Assembly (NCBI GenBank): GCA_973895155.1
Contig: OZ316895.1
Coordinates: 16,906,170-16,970,169, forward strand
Source of the DNA: Marsupella aquatica
Lineage: Eukaryota > Plantae > Marchantiophyta
Length of the DNA stretch: 64,000 nt
Direction: 5' to 3'
Positions 51,130-64,000 of the stretch are shown piece by piece. A program made the position numbers and the translations under genes. The notes below the pieces were generated by a model that saw only the letters and a program-made list of their open reading frames with translations, was not told the origin of the DNA and did no database searches. Positions within the stretch are counted from its first letter, which is position 1, and every line of letters starts with the position of its first letter.

Positions 51130-52430
51130 GATTGTGTGCAGGCTTAAAAATAGTACCAGTGGAAACGGTATGGAATGGAGCTCCCATGCAAAGCTTCCAT
51201 TTCATTTCATGCATGGCTCAAAAATAGTGGCTTTCTGTAACCTACACGCTCAACCAGCTCTCCATAAGATAGACGGCCAGCAGGGCACTCTTGATTGTTA
51301 GGGTTTTATAGTGACTGTGGGATTCTCGCTCTCTCCTCTAAAGCCCTCACTAGTATCACTCAAAATCAATATTATCCTGGTGAAAATGTACATTTGGATG
51401 TTCTCAGGCAAGCTTAGAAATACTATATGTGCAAAAGATTATGGAATGGAGATCCCGTCCAAACTATAGCTCAGTAACAGATTGAGTGTGGTTTCCTGCG
51501 TTATTAGTGTTGCTTCATGACTGTAGGATCCTCGCCCTTCCCTCCTCTGCCCAAGGTATTGTATAATGCTAGCAAACAAGACTTTCATAGCGAGGAGAGT
51601 GGCACTAAAGGTTTTAATTCTTTTGCTTTTTTCTGCCTTTTACATTTTGTGTGCTTTTTTATCACTCCAGATGGCTAGCCAGTTTGATAGCAAAAAGAGG
51701 AGTTCAAAAAATGTATATTATCAACCAGGTTCTTGCTAGCTAGGCAGTTGGATATAGAAAACTTAGAGTTCATGTGAAGAAATTTTTTATTGTTTCCTCA
51801 CATGCTACAATGATAGTGTAGATTTGGAAAGATCTCACAGATGCTTAGAAATACTAGGTGCGTGAAGGTTTGGAATGGAAATCCCATCCAAGCTTTTAGT
51901 TAGATAACATATACTATTCACTTTGGTGCTTGAGTGGGTCTCTGTAAGTGTTGGATCAGTGCTAATTAAGATCGATGGCTGGCTGGGCACACATGATTGT
52001 TCGTCTTTTATCCTTAAACCACCACTGGCCATATAAAAGGGAGAAGTTTCCAATATGTTTTTCCCTTTTCATATTCTTCTCCTCTACAGTTAGACTTTGT
52101 TCCACAATTTTCCATAATTTCAGGAAAAAGTATTAAAAATGTTGAAATCTGTGTAACCATGTTTTTGTTTTTGTCATAGCTAGTGGCTGTTTAAGATTCT
52201 TACCCCTTCCTCTAAGGCTCTCACAAGTATTACTCAAAATCCATGTTACACTCGTTTACATTTGGAACGATCTCATGCAGGCTTAGAAATACTATGTGTG
52301 CGAAAGGTTTGGATGGATATCCCATCCAAGCCTATACAGTAGCTTGATAATAGTTACAATTCAGTTTCGTGCTTGAGTGAGTTTCTGGAAGCGTTGGATG
52401 AGCACTCATTAAGATCGACGGCCGGCCGGG
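51130..52430. repeat. Four diverged copies of a repeat upstream of RPS29
   Basis: GCTTAGAAATACTA..TG.G..A.GGT.TGGAATGGA..TCCCAT.CAAGC at ~51140, ~51410, ~51840 and ~52280. Confidence 0.65.
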
Positions 52431-52441
52431 CAAACGTGATT

Positions 52442-52449
52442 TAGGGTTT
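52442..52449 (-). promoter_or_regulatory. Telo-box (AAACCCTA) near the RPS29 transcription start
   Basis: TAGGGTTT ~160 bp upstream of the ATG; telo-boxes are typical of plant ribosomal protein promoters. Confidence 0.65.
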
Positions 52450-52603
52450 CTCAGCGACTATACGATCCTTCTCTCTCTCACAATCCTTCTCTTTTCAGAC
52501 GCGCATCGACATTCTTTCTCTTCGTCTCTCTCTCTCTTCGGCCGTCGTGTGCGATTCTCCGCTCTCTCTCGTCCCGGACGATTTGCTGCTGCAGATTTCA
52601 ACC

Positions 52604-53073
52604 ATGGGGCACGCCGCTGTGTGGAATTCGCATCCGAAGAAGTTCGGCCCCGGCTCACGAACATGGTGGGTAGTTTCGTCTCGTTTTGTCCTGTCCCGGA
52701 TCGATGTGGTGATGTTTCTCTTCGGAAGGTTTTTTTCTCTTTGGTTGTCTGCTGAACTTGTGATTCCGTGTGCATGACTTTCGTTTGGACGACTACAGCC
52801 GGGTCTGCGGTAACGGACACGGGTTGATCAGGAAATATGGCATCAACACCTGCCGACAATGCTTCAGGATATATGCCAAGGATATTGGCTTCGTAAAGGT
52901 GAGAATTGTGGGAAATGAATGTTGTTCTTTTGGGCTGTGCCTTTGTTGTTTTTCCCGATAAGCAGTTCATAGAGTGAGATGCCTGTACCAGTGGTCAGAC
53001 TGGGAGCACGTTCGGGAAGGTTGACGACACTCTTTCTTATCATATGAAACCGTTGTCTCTGCAGTACCGTTAA
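52604..53073 (+). CDS. RPS29: 40S ribosomal protein S29 (uS14); exons 52604-52665, 52799-52898, 53065-53073
   Basis: Spliced product [56 protein letters not shown]; GT-AG introns. Confidence 0.96.
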
Positions 53074-54374
53074 ATATGGCCAGTGAAGGTGGTGAGCGGG
53101 GTTGGTACCCTTGTCACGAGACCCATGGTGTCCGAATATGTACTATCAGTTTTGAAAGGAAGGCATTACACTACACTGCCCTCTAATCTAGGTTTCGAAG
53201 GATCTTTGGAAAAATGCTGTAAATTACGCAGCAGTGAACTCATGTACTTTCGCTTCGCGAGAGCTAACTAATTTTGAAAGTCCTCTTGAAGAGCCTACGT
53301 GCAATTTTCACGATTTCCTGGCCGAATGGTTGTTGAATGTCAGCATTCCATGTCAAGTATTCCTTTTCTTGGTATGACTGGGTAAGGCGGTACTGTTCAA
53401 AGAGAGGCTCAGCTTGTATTGATGACGGGTTGCGAGATAACAGATATCGATAGTCCATATTTCCGAACTTCACCCTATAGATTCGCCCAGTATGGCTTGA
53501 CGTGAATGGATTGTTAGGCGACGTCATTGATCAATCTAGGTCAGTGGGCTTTTGATTCATATCATATCTTCTCAGGGGAATTTTTCCGTTGCACATACAG
53601 CTTTTTCAAGCCCTCTACTAGGATAAGTTACTGTGGCTCAAGTTTGCCTGGAGGTTACCAAATTTGACTGATTGTTATTTTACAGCTGGGCTCAAATTCT
53701 ATGACGTTTGTGAAATTGAAAACAATGATAGAATGAATCTGCAAGACTACTTCGGCCAAACCTGTGTAGCCTACAGAGGTGTAAGAAATTTAACGAACAT
53801 TCGACTCTCAGGACCTTGGACGTGAAAATGCGAGACAAGTAGGGTGCAGGTAGTGTAGCGATCAAGAATCGAGGCGAATGACTGTGAACCTGAATACTTT
53901 ACTCGTGGTTAAAGCAATCAAAGTTTCCTGTGTGAGGGACCTCGCTGCGAAGGCCCAAGTTCGAAGGAATTTGGCTGAAAAGTCCTTCCATTGTTTGAGA
54001 GTGGACTTTGTTTTGTTTGTAATAATTACTGGAAGATTGTGACATTTGGGATCGTTCGCAAGAGTTGGTAGTGAGACTGTCACCTCTGCGCGCAGCTTGT
54101 GATTGATATTGTTAACTCGTGGATAGAAACGAAGGTTTTGTTCAATATTAATGTCCACAGAGATGAAGTTTTCTGCAAAGATCCGTTTTTAAGTCAAGCA
54201 TACCTAGGGGTGGACAAAGTGGCTGGATATCTGTGTTGTGGTATCCAGATTTTGGCATAGAATTATGCCGAAAAACGAAACAGTGAGACAGCGATAGTGA
54301 GTGGATTGTTTCATCGAACTGCTTCAGCTGAGAAAGACAGTGGTTTACGTTTCATACCAAGAGCCTATTTGTAG

Positions 54375-54660
54375 TTGCCTATCTAAAGCCATGAGCTCAA
54401 TTCAACGTTCAGGATTGTACATGCTTGCGTAAACTGAAAGCCATGAGCTCAATTGCCTGAAGTCCACTTCTAAATTCAATGTTCCAAGGGAAATAGAATT
54501 GTAATGCTTGTCTAAACTGAAAGCCACGAGTTCCATTGCCTGTCTAAACTGAAAGCCACGAGTTCCATTGCGTGAAGTCCAGTTCCTGATTTAACCTCCC
54601 AAAGAAATAGGATACTACATCCTATCTAAACTGAGAGCCACGAGCTACATTGCCTGGAGT
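54375..54660. repeat. About 5 copies of CTAAACTGAAAGCCA(C/T)GAG.T.CATTGCCT
   Basis: Read directly. Confidence 0.7.
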
Positions 54661-55460
54661 CAACCTTCTAGAGAAAACAGGATTGTACGTGTAGGAAATG
54701 CAAGCAACAATTAAAACCGGTTGGAACTGGAGCCACAAGCTTAATTGCTTGCAGTCCAAATTTCAATGCACCCCTTAAAAGACAATACTACTGGATAGTC
54801 ACACACCCAATTTGACAAGGACAGTAACAATTAAAACCGATTTGATTGAAGTGAAGGAATACAGAAATGGCTGGGTATGGACAGACAGCATCTGGAACCA
54901 ACTTGCTCTATAGTATCAAATGTGCTGCTCTACTTAGATCACCTAGCACCTTCATAGTTTCTCGATCCGTGGGGACCATGGATCCATCTTATCATAAGTA
55001 GACCCCAAGAGAACGAAAGTGGAAGTTGTTCTCTGTTCCACCTGAGTCATCGAACAGGGGGCATCCATCTTATCATAAGCTGAGCCCAAGCTGGACTCTG
55101 TTCCACCTGAGCCATTGAACAGCATAATAGCGACATTTGTGAGCCACTTCACAATACACTAAGCTCTTTCGTTGCCAGATACGAGATCAGACAGTTGCCC
55201 GATCTAGATCAAACTCCAGGGAATCGGCCCTCTGTGAACCAGCAAAAGACACTGTCAATCATCACATGTCATCCGATTTAGGGGGAAGCCAAATTGGATG
55301 AAGGTGAACGATTGCAAACTCGAACTACTGAATAATGGTGGAGTTTTGAACTCGCCACATGCAAATTGGTTATTCAGAATTGTGCAGCAAACGTAGACCT
55401 TTCCCCATTTTTGGGGCGTACTTCCATTAGCCCTGACTGAACATTTTCGCGTCCTCTAGA

Positions 55461-58400
55461 CTAGGCAAGGAGAACGGTCATTCGTCTGAGTCCAATGTAG
55501 GCTACTATCCGATAGAAAATAATCATTCCCAGTAGAATGAAAACCTCTTTCAATCCACCACCCAGTTTAAGCCCATACAATGCTTGTGAATCTTGAATTG
55601 GGCTGCATCCAGTAGGATCCCCACAATTGATTTGGTGGCTGGACTTGTATTGCACTTTCAGTAGCAATTGATAGCCCCAATAGTGGAACGATATGTACTC
55701 CAGCCACTTGATAAATCCAGGAACGTGCTGCACAATCAGAGAAACAACTTATCAGACATCCTTCTAATCGTTTAGTATGCTGCATGACACCGACCCGATC
55801 CGGTAGCTGATCGTGTTTTCCTAAACCTTCATGAACATTGAAGCGAGAATTGCTATCAGGGGTCAGAACACCGGCCTGGTTCACATGAATTTCAAGAAAG
55901 TGTAGACAAGTACCTGAACAAAGAAACCACCAGCCAATAAGAACGCCACGAGGACTACAGATGCCAATGTTGTTGCTTTCTTAATGTCCGTGACACATGC
56001 TCCTATGGCCAATCCAAGTCCCTGTTTGGACGTTGGAAACTTTAATGATGTGTCATTGAAGGGCTAGCAGTCACTGTTGTTGTGTTAAAACGAGAGAAAC
56101 TAAAAAACTGACGATAGGTTACTCGCAACACATCCTCCAGAAGCTATGATGGAAAGTTTCATTGCAAGTAATTTACCGTTGAACTCATGACAATGAGGTA
56201 AACAATGAGGAGGGTGAGGAAGAACGCCTCCCCTGTCATTCTCAAATTGGCCATGAAATATGCAATGACTTGAAAGACGATGGGCAGAAGGAAGTCCAAA
56301 GGAAGATCTCCAAGAGTGCGACTCATGAAATAAGCAGAGAGCCTGTACATGTCTGCACCCCTCTCTTTCGCCAGCATCGCCCGTTCTTGTGGAAACGTAA
56401 AGATTCCCGTGAAGAGAGGGAAGAAACCCCAGAAGAGGGCTATGAAAAATATCAATCCCACCTGAAAACCGAGGCAAATTAGAAATGTCATCGGTTATCT
56501 TGCATCTACGAAGGATTTGTCAGGAGCATTCGGGCTTCGGCATTACAGAAGGAAGTTGATCTGCTTTGGATTTACCAAAAATGTTCTCTAGTGATGCTAA
56601 TCTTTCCGAAAATTGTTGATCGCCAATGGTTACAAAAGCAGTCCTACCTGGTCCTGCAGGTGCCTTTCTGTGTCAAGCTTGGATTGCCACCAGAGCAAGC
56701 CGGCAACGAAGGCTGTAGCAGCGACTTCCACAAATCTATCAAAACTCAAATACTCCCGTCTTCTCTCCTTCCACCCACGAATAAAGAGCACACTGAACTG
56801 GGTCCACCATGAAGTAGACCATTCTTGTTTCTCACCAATTGCTGTTCGAAACTCATCTTTTAGTTCTCCAAGCTCGAAGATGTTTCTTTGCTCGGCAGGG
56901 TGGATAATAGCGTTGTAGCTATCAACTAGGTACTGGCCAAAAACATCAACGGGGTCTGGTTAGAAACGCTGTCAATACTCTTCAAAATCGAAGACAACGT
57001 ATTTCTTCGGACGTGGACCAAGGTTCTCACCAATTATATCGTAACAGATGCCACCGAGCAGCAAGGTTGGACTTTCCAATTGATGGCAAGGTTGTCAGAG
57101 GATTTCGGTTGGTGGTTAGAAGTTAAATCAAACCCTTGACATGTACTCATAAATTAGTGCTTGTTATGCTTCCGGGTTTAAAACACCCTGTGCATTGCGC
57201 TTGCAGTGTTGACAACATTCACTCTGGTTTGACTAATCCTGTATTTTGTGGTTATCAAAAACATTGTCCTCGACGACATCCATGCCCGGGAGGATGGCAA
57301 TCAATGCAACCTAAGGGAGGAATGTCCCAAGCAATACTTGCAGGAGCGCTTTCACGATCCCGTGTTCCAACCCTTGGGGAGAGATTGTATAGAAAACAGC
57401 CCTGTATGTACTTAGAAGCTCCAACCTTGTCATGGAACAACCCAGATGTTAGACTACGACTGTGTTGGAGTCTAGTTCTCACAATCCTTTAGTATATCAT
57501 GCATATAGTCCTGATAGATTCTACAATCCAACATTTAATCCAACATTTTGGATTGCTGAGAGGGAAATGTCCGAACCTCCAGGACGACTTTGACAGCGGG
57601 CTGAGAAGCTTCCATGTTCGAATAGGTGCTCTTAGGTGTTTCACGGGCCAACTGTTCCAACGAAGAAGGGATGGAGATGTCGTTCACATTCCCGCTGGCG
57701 ACATCCAAAAGGAAATCTGCAGGGTTCATTGCTATCAAGGGCTCAAGCCCGATGGAATCGAAATACTCCATGCATTCCTTCGCTTCCCCAGAATAGACTG
57801 GGGAACCCTGTGACAGGAGAATCAACTTGTCGAACATGTAGAATACACTGCTGGAAGGTTGGTGGATGGTTGCCACCACAGTTCGCCCTGCCTGTACATT
57901 GTCAACATTGAAAGGTGAGACGTACTAGGATATACTAGCGCAAATCTCCCCACTTCTTCAGTTCTTAATCATCCCATCTGTGTCACACAGTATTGCATAT
58001 GAACTACGTAGATTGCAGATCTCCAGCAGCACATCACAAGGTTAATGCTCAATCGTCAAAGAATTGAGGTTTCAATTCAGTGTCCACCGGGGCATGGTGA
58101 GATAGCTTGAAAGATGGTGAGATCGTCTACATTGTTCAGGCTTGCTGATTAGACTAAGGACAGGAGCGACAGCTACAGCAGGTCAGGAATCAGGATCGAA
58201 GTCACGATATTATGAAATGGTGAATCGTATGCAAGAGTTAAACCGACTGCTATGCATTTGGAGATGAAGTGCTGTATATAACACTAAATTTAGCAGAATA
58301 GTTCACGAACCTCTGCAATATTCTGCAAGACCTGCACAAGGCGCATGGCGATGGTCGAATCCAGCCCTGAAGTGGGCTCGTCCAGGAACAGCAGAGAAGG

Positions 58401-60475
58401 GTCGATGAGAATCTCGTGCCCCACGCAAACACGTTTTCTTTCGCCTCCTGATATGCCTCTGAGAAATGTGCCTCCAATGATGGTATCTTTACACCTACAA
58501 TCACCAGCAATTCCACAGGCAGTCATGAAAGGACATCATCTTCAGCGCGGGGTTGGGACTTGGGCGATTCATGGGCCGTGAATGACCTTTCCTCTCCAGA
58601 ATCTGAGATGAGATTTTGTCTAAGTTAGTTTCCACGAGAAGAACCGGTAGGTAGTATTACAGTCCTATAAGCTCGCATGTGGAAAGAACGGCCTTCATTC
58701 ACGGTCTAGTCCCAGCTCGGAGGTGAAACACTTTATGAGGTTTTTCACCTGTCCAGTCCCAGTTCGAAAATGATTTCTTCGGCTCGTTGGATTTTGCTAT
58801 TTCTGCAAATACTATCGGGTAGTCGAAGCATAGCCGCGTAAACTAGCGTCTCCTTCACTGTCAGATGAGGGAAAAGGATATCATCTTGAGTTACGAATCC
58901 TATTCTGCACAACAGCCACAGACCATCTTCCACGAATCAATCCCCATTGATCGATCGCGAACCAGAAAGGATTGTCCCACGAAGCCAAATAACTAAGAGT
59001 GCCATTTTTCAATTGCATAACCTCACAGAAACCGAAGGTCGAGCAACGTCGTTTGTCCTAGAAAGCAAAGCTAGTAACAGTACAGGAAGGATGAAGAAGA
59101 AGCAAAGGTTTGTCCAGTTCAGTTGTAATTTTAAACCAATTCGATGGACCCAAATTTCAAGAAATCCAGTCGGTAGAACCATCCCACTATGTCAGATTAT
59201 TCGTGGCTCTCAACTTGTAGACCAGGCGGTGATCAAATGAAAATACCGTCTTTGCAGCGGTTTGCAGTAGGCTACATCGTTGTAGGTGATGGCGCTACCA
59301 GATTGAGTGCATGGTACTCGCCCTCCCAAGAGATTGAGGAACGTCGTCTTCCCTATTTGACGATTAGAATCAGCTTCAGAGTTGGAGCACAAGTCAGATG
59401 GACAGACGGCAGCCTACTGAATAGCCAGCTTAAGTTGAAAACGCTTCCAGCGCTGCCTCAAAATCACAAACTATGTCAAAATCTTACCGCTGCCTGAAGG
59501 ACCCATAAGTGCCAGCATTTCTCCAGGGAAGACAGTCCCTGTGATTCCATGAATGATCCCTTTCTCGACCATACTTGTTTGCCCAAATGGAAAGCGGGAA
59601 CCCTTTGCCGCGTTCGGATCCGGAGGCGCAGGGACGTGTACTGAATATCTGACATCCACAAACTGTCCGAGGTGCCCGCTTTCGTCTCAGGTTCAGGTTC
59701 AATTGTTTCAAGGATCCCATCTAGATCCGAACATGAAATCAATGTGCAAAGCATGGCAAAGAAAAATCACGAGACTGGTTCTTTTGCAGGGTGCCGAATT
59801 TAGGACTACATCCTCAAATGTATGACGCAGATACACAAACCTTCAGCAAAATAGGCAGCGGAGGAGCCCGAGAATTGAGACACTTCTTCTGAACAAAAGT
59901 ACGCATCTCCATGTCCACGTCCACGTCCTCGACCCCATGATGTCTGCTCGATGGATATCGTCTGTACTGATTATTTCCTGTATTAGGAAAGTTTTGTTAA
60001 TAAGATTGACACTCAAAAGCTAATCTGCTGCTGCTACCAAAAAAAGCTAGGACTTCTGCTGGCATGGTGCTGCAAAAATGAAGAAGCAAGTCTGCTGCTA
60101 GACTGAATTTGGCGTGCAGATTGCCCACTCGACGACCAGCTAGTTCAGCTGAAAGCTCAGAAGCAGGAGCAAATTGGAAGTACGTTTTCTATAAGACAAA
60201 TGACTTATCGACAGATTCATGTTGAAGAGGTTTGGAGGGTACGTGCCTTGATAGGCACCTGCGCCGGCCGTAACCACGAGTGGGCTGGCCCCAAACAAAG
60301 GCCCTGTGATGGACATGTGACTCGAGAAAGACTGTCGAGACCATTCTTCACTTGGGCGCCCTGAATCATGCTCAGTGTATCCTAAACCTCCAATTTCATG
60401 GTGACCGCTTCGTCGTGAATTACTCCGTCTCGGTGTTCCATCATAACTTACGCTGCTTCTCCTTGGTGTCTCCAT
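55461..60475 (-). CDS. ABCG (WBC) half-size transporter, ABCG22/27-like, ~11 exons
   Basis: [25 protein letters not shown] (Walker A); [19 protein letters not shown]; [34 protein letters not shown]; TIHQPSS; [14 protein letters not shown]; [12 protein letters not shown]; stop at 55461. Inner exon limits not all resolved. Confidence 0.92.
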
Positions 60476-62574
60476 GGATGCCGCTGGCCAACTGCTGATG
60501 CTACTTTCAATGCTAAAATGTGAACTAGCTAGCTTACTCCCTACACGTACAGGTTACAGAAACTCTGAGGAGAGCTGCAAAGTGTGCTTATAGCACACAA
60601 GGAAACATGTAGCAGCTGCGGCTGCGCAATAGCAATCCTACAGTCTCCATGTCTTCCATTTTCGGAAGGGGTGGTAACAGGCCAATTAACTTCAATGCAT
60701 AACAACGAGAGTTTTCCAGAATTCTCTGAGCCTGTGCTATCACTGACAGTAGCTCTTATTTTCCATGTAGCGCGTCTCGCCCACCTTTTTTTCTCTGCCT
60801 CATCCAGGACCTGCTAGCTCTCTTGGTCATCTCATTATAGGCGTTGCTGTAGTGTCCCTCGGATCTACATGAAATTAGCCATTTGTGCGGCTACTTTCAA
60901 GGCACGCTGTATTCTCACCCCTCGATAATAACTGAAGTGCATAACTCCTTGCTGGGTTTCAAGTTGAACTGCTTGAATGTGGACTCTCGTGGAAATTTGG
61001 CCGAATAATCCGCAAGCAAACTCTCCAGCTCGCACTCCGTCACTATGAGAATTCAGTCTATATTGATACGCAGACAATGAGCCACTAGCATTACAGTCTG
61101 GTCTTTCACAATGTCCTGCTTCGAACCTAGCCTCTGACCCAGAGTTCCTCAGGTTGGAACTCAGGTCGGATGTTGTCTTTCAGACTGTCCTGCTTCTACC
61201 TCTGACCAAGTGTTCCTCAAGGTCGGAACTCAAGTCGGAGCGACTGTGAACTCGGAAAATCTTCACGCTTTCATAGTTGACATCTTTTGTCTCCTCATAT
61301 TCATTTGATGCAATAAGTTCTTTTGCAGTTTAATTATCAATTCTTTATCATTCTGCGACGAGTGCAGGCCTGTGAATATGTCGCTTGAATGAGATGAAGT
61401 AGGCCAGACACCCTTCAGTGTCAAGTTCTCAACCTATAGTCCAGCTGCAGCTGGAGTGGATCTCCGAGTGGATCGTGCTGCTCAAATTGGCACCTCAACA
61501 TTGCCAGCTCCCATTATCACAGGTCTGACTGCTCCGAAATTCCGATGCTGCCAATTGCTAGCTACGGCATCTGTTAGATTCATTCATGGACCTACGACTA
61601 ATGGATTTCATACTGCAGCTAAATAACGGGCGCAACCTACTCCAACAGTAGCTTCCCTCAGACTAGCTCCCTCAGTCCCTGGTATAGGAGCCATCATGTC
61701 CAATGCTGTACTTCGTTCAGTCTAAACAGTTTTTGTTGTGGTTTCCGTGCATGATATAATGATGAGAGAAAGTGCTCGAGGCTCGTGGAATAGATTACTG
61801 CATTCCGCTGTGCCGGGAAACTCACAGGCACAGCGGAAGCACTCCACTCTATCACATGACTCTATGCGATGCTAGCCAGTGGCTACGTATTAGACCAAGT
61901 TAACCGATGATCATCCCCTCCGCACTAGCTGTATATGTTTGGAGACTCTAATTTGATGCGCACGATAGGGAATTCTGTGTCTGTGCCACAGAATCGGGCA
62001 CAGGATCTAAGCTAAGGTTCCCTGCCTCAGCTAATCTACTCCATGAATTGAAATGCGCACTACTGATGCACTAAGTATTTTGCGGATCGAGTACCAAATA
62101 ACTTCTCTATCCACCTATTGATAATTGTGCAAGTGCAGGACCGGGGATTAATTATGTCGAGTAAACTCTTTTTCTTGAGATGAACTCAACCAAGACAAGC
62201 TCCTGAGTGACGACATGCATCAAATTATAGCTCCAAACATGAACACACCCGTCTGTTCCTGCTGCAGACAGAGAATCACAGTTTGGGAGGGGTTTTCACG
62301 TGGTCGTTGCTGTACTCTGTCCGAGTCTCGACATCGCCTGCATCTTGAGGACAGTAGGATCTGCTCAGCTCAGCTCCAAGGAAACGTATCTGGACGATGA
62401 GTCGTGTTCATTGGTTTTGTCCATAATGAATGAAACCAAGCAGACAAATCTACGATTCTACCCTGCGAATAGGTCAAGTACCCAATCGAAGGTACAACAG
62501 AGCCGCCCAAGTGCTAGCTAAACTCTAATAAACTAATAGACTCTCTCACTCTCTACTCTCTACCCCGAAGCCCT

Positions 62575-63250
62575 GCCCAACTTCATCCGATCTATTAATG
62601 GAGGCAATCCACTCCGTCTGCTGGGTCTTCTCTTGATTGCAATTGATTGACAAACGATAGAAGGTCGGAGTCGCATAGGTACTATCATATTCTCGAATGA
62701 AATATGACCCCGAATCCCTTCCCAATTTCTTCTGATTAATTAATGGAGGCAATCCACTTCGTTAGTCTGCTGGGTCTTCTCTTGATTGCAATTAATCGAG
62801 AAAAGAGAGAATGTGGGAGTCTCATGGGTACTCTCATCGTCTCCAATGAAATATGACCCCGGATCGTACCCAAATTTATCTGATCCATTAGGGGAGTAAA
62901 TCCACTTCGTTAGTCTGCTGGGTCTTCTCTTGATTGCAATTAATCGAGAAAAGATAGAAGGTGGGAGTCTCATAGGTACTCTCATCGTCTCGAATGAAAT
63001 ACGACCCCGAATCCGTACCCAATTTTATCTGATCCATTACGGGAGTAAATCCACTTCGTTAAGACTGCTGGCCGGGTCTTCTCTAGACTCTTGATTGCAA
63101 TTAATTGACAAAAGATAGAAGGTGGGAGTCTCATGGGTACTCTCATCTTCTCGAATAGAATATGCCGTACCCAATTTCATCTGATCCGTTAATGGAGTAA
63201 ATCCACTTCTTTGTCTGCTGAGTCTTCTTTAATTGTCTGCTGAGTCTTCT
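62575..63250. repeat. Tandem repeat, ~4.5 copies of a ~150-bp unit
   Basis: AATCCACTTCGTTAGTCTGCTGGGTCTTCTCTTGATTGCAATTAAT...GGGAGTCTCATGGGTACTCTCATC..CCCAATTT.ATCTGATCC is repeated. Confidence 0.9.
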
Positions 63251-64000
63251 TTGTCTCAGAGTCTCGACTAAAACATGACACAAACGTCCATCTGGTGCCC
63301 GATTACTGATGGAAAACAACATTTAGCGAAGCCGATCGAGCTATGGCAGTTCTAAATAATGATAGATTGCTAGTCTAGCGCAAGACAGTATTGCATGCAC
63401 AATCAATCATGATGTTCCTTGGATCAATTGTTAGTAATTCGGGCATCCAAAAGTAGTGCAACTTCTTTTCCCACCCTTTTAATTAAAGTACTGGTTTCTG
63501 TTGAAGGTGTACGCCTGTCTCTCGTTCCGTAGTAGTACTTCATGTTTCAACACTCGATATTCCATGCTTTTCACGACCACCCTGCCTCTTCTTTCTGTTT
63601 GGAATGATTTAAGAAGACTCTTACTTTAATGGTCCAAATAATATAAGGAGCACTTTAGAATAGGTCCGCCGCCCCAGTCTGCAAAGTCTGTTACCTCAGA
63701 TGAAATGAATCTCCACAGTTGATTTGCATTGCCGGGGCTAGTTAGGAGGAGGTATATGCTTGATGGACCGGCCAAAGTGATAAGTGTTACTTGATGGCAC
63801 CCCTAAGTGATCCAGAAGGTTGGTAAACCTTGAAATTATGTGCCCAAAAACTCAGGGGTCCCATTTAGTAACACTATGTTGGGGTCCATAAAGCAAACAC
63901 CTCCTATGCACTCTATAGAAAGTGCTCTGGCAACTTTTGTTATGGGAACGACTGAACCTAAATGCACCCTGGTTTGGGCAGTTTTCTGCCGACATGGCAA

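Overview
Land-plant nuclear DNA, probably a bryophyte or other early-diverging plant (inferred from gene content and intron style). Host genes: a VIT1/CCC1-family metal transporter (+, 5952-8167), BOBBER/NudC (+, 29670-32327), a kinesin-10 of PAKRP2/KINID1 type (-, 34401-39020), a phosphomannose isomerase with an intronless CDS (-, 46191-47522), ribosomal protein S29 (+, 52604-53073), and an ABCG half-transporter (-, 55461-60475) with a decayed partial duplicate (-, ~43950-45700). The main discovery is a 10.5-kb minus-strand Ty3/Gypsy retroelement at 12844-23329 with a 4-bp TSD (ACAC). Its now-disrupted polyprotein reads Gag - protease - C5 cytosine DNA methyltransferase - RT - RNase H - integrase - PHD finger. 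Its LTRs are split/permuted (B...A-B-A), as if a 2-LTR circle was opened at an internal CA|GC|TG-like site. It has no tRNA primer-binding site but an 11-nt self-complementary (Tf1-like) candidate primer site, and a leader with ten CGG-N9-CCG palindromes. An unrelated solo LTR (TSD CAAAT) interrupts the methyltransferase. The window also holds a tRNA-derived SINE, a 2-kb foldback with ~630-bp arms, MITE-like elements and several local tandem repeats.
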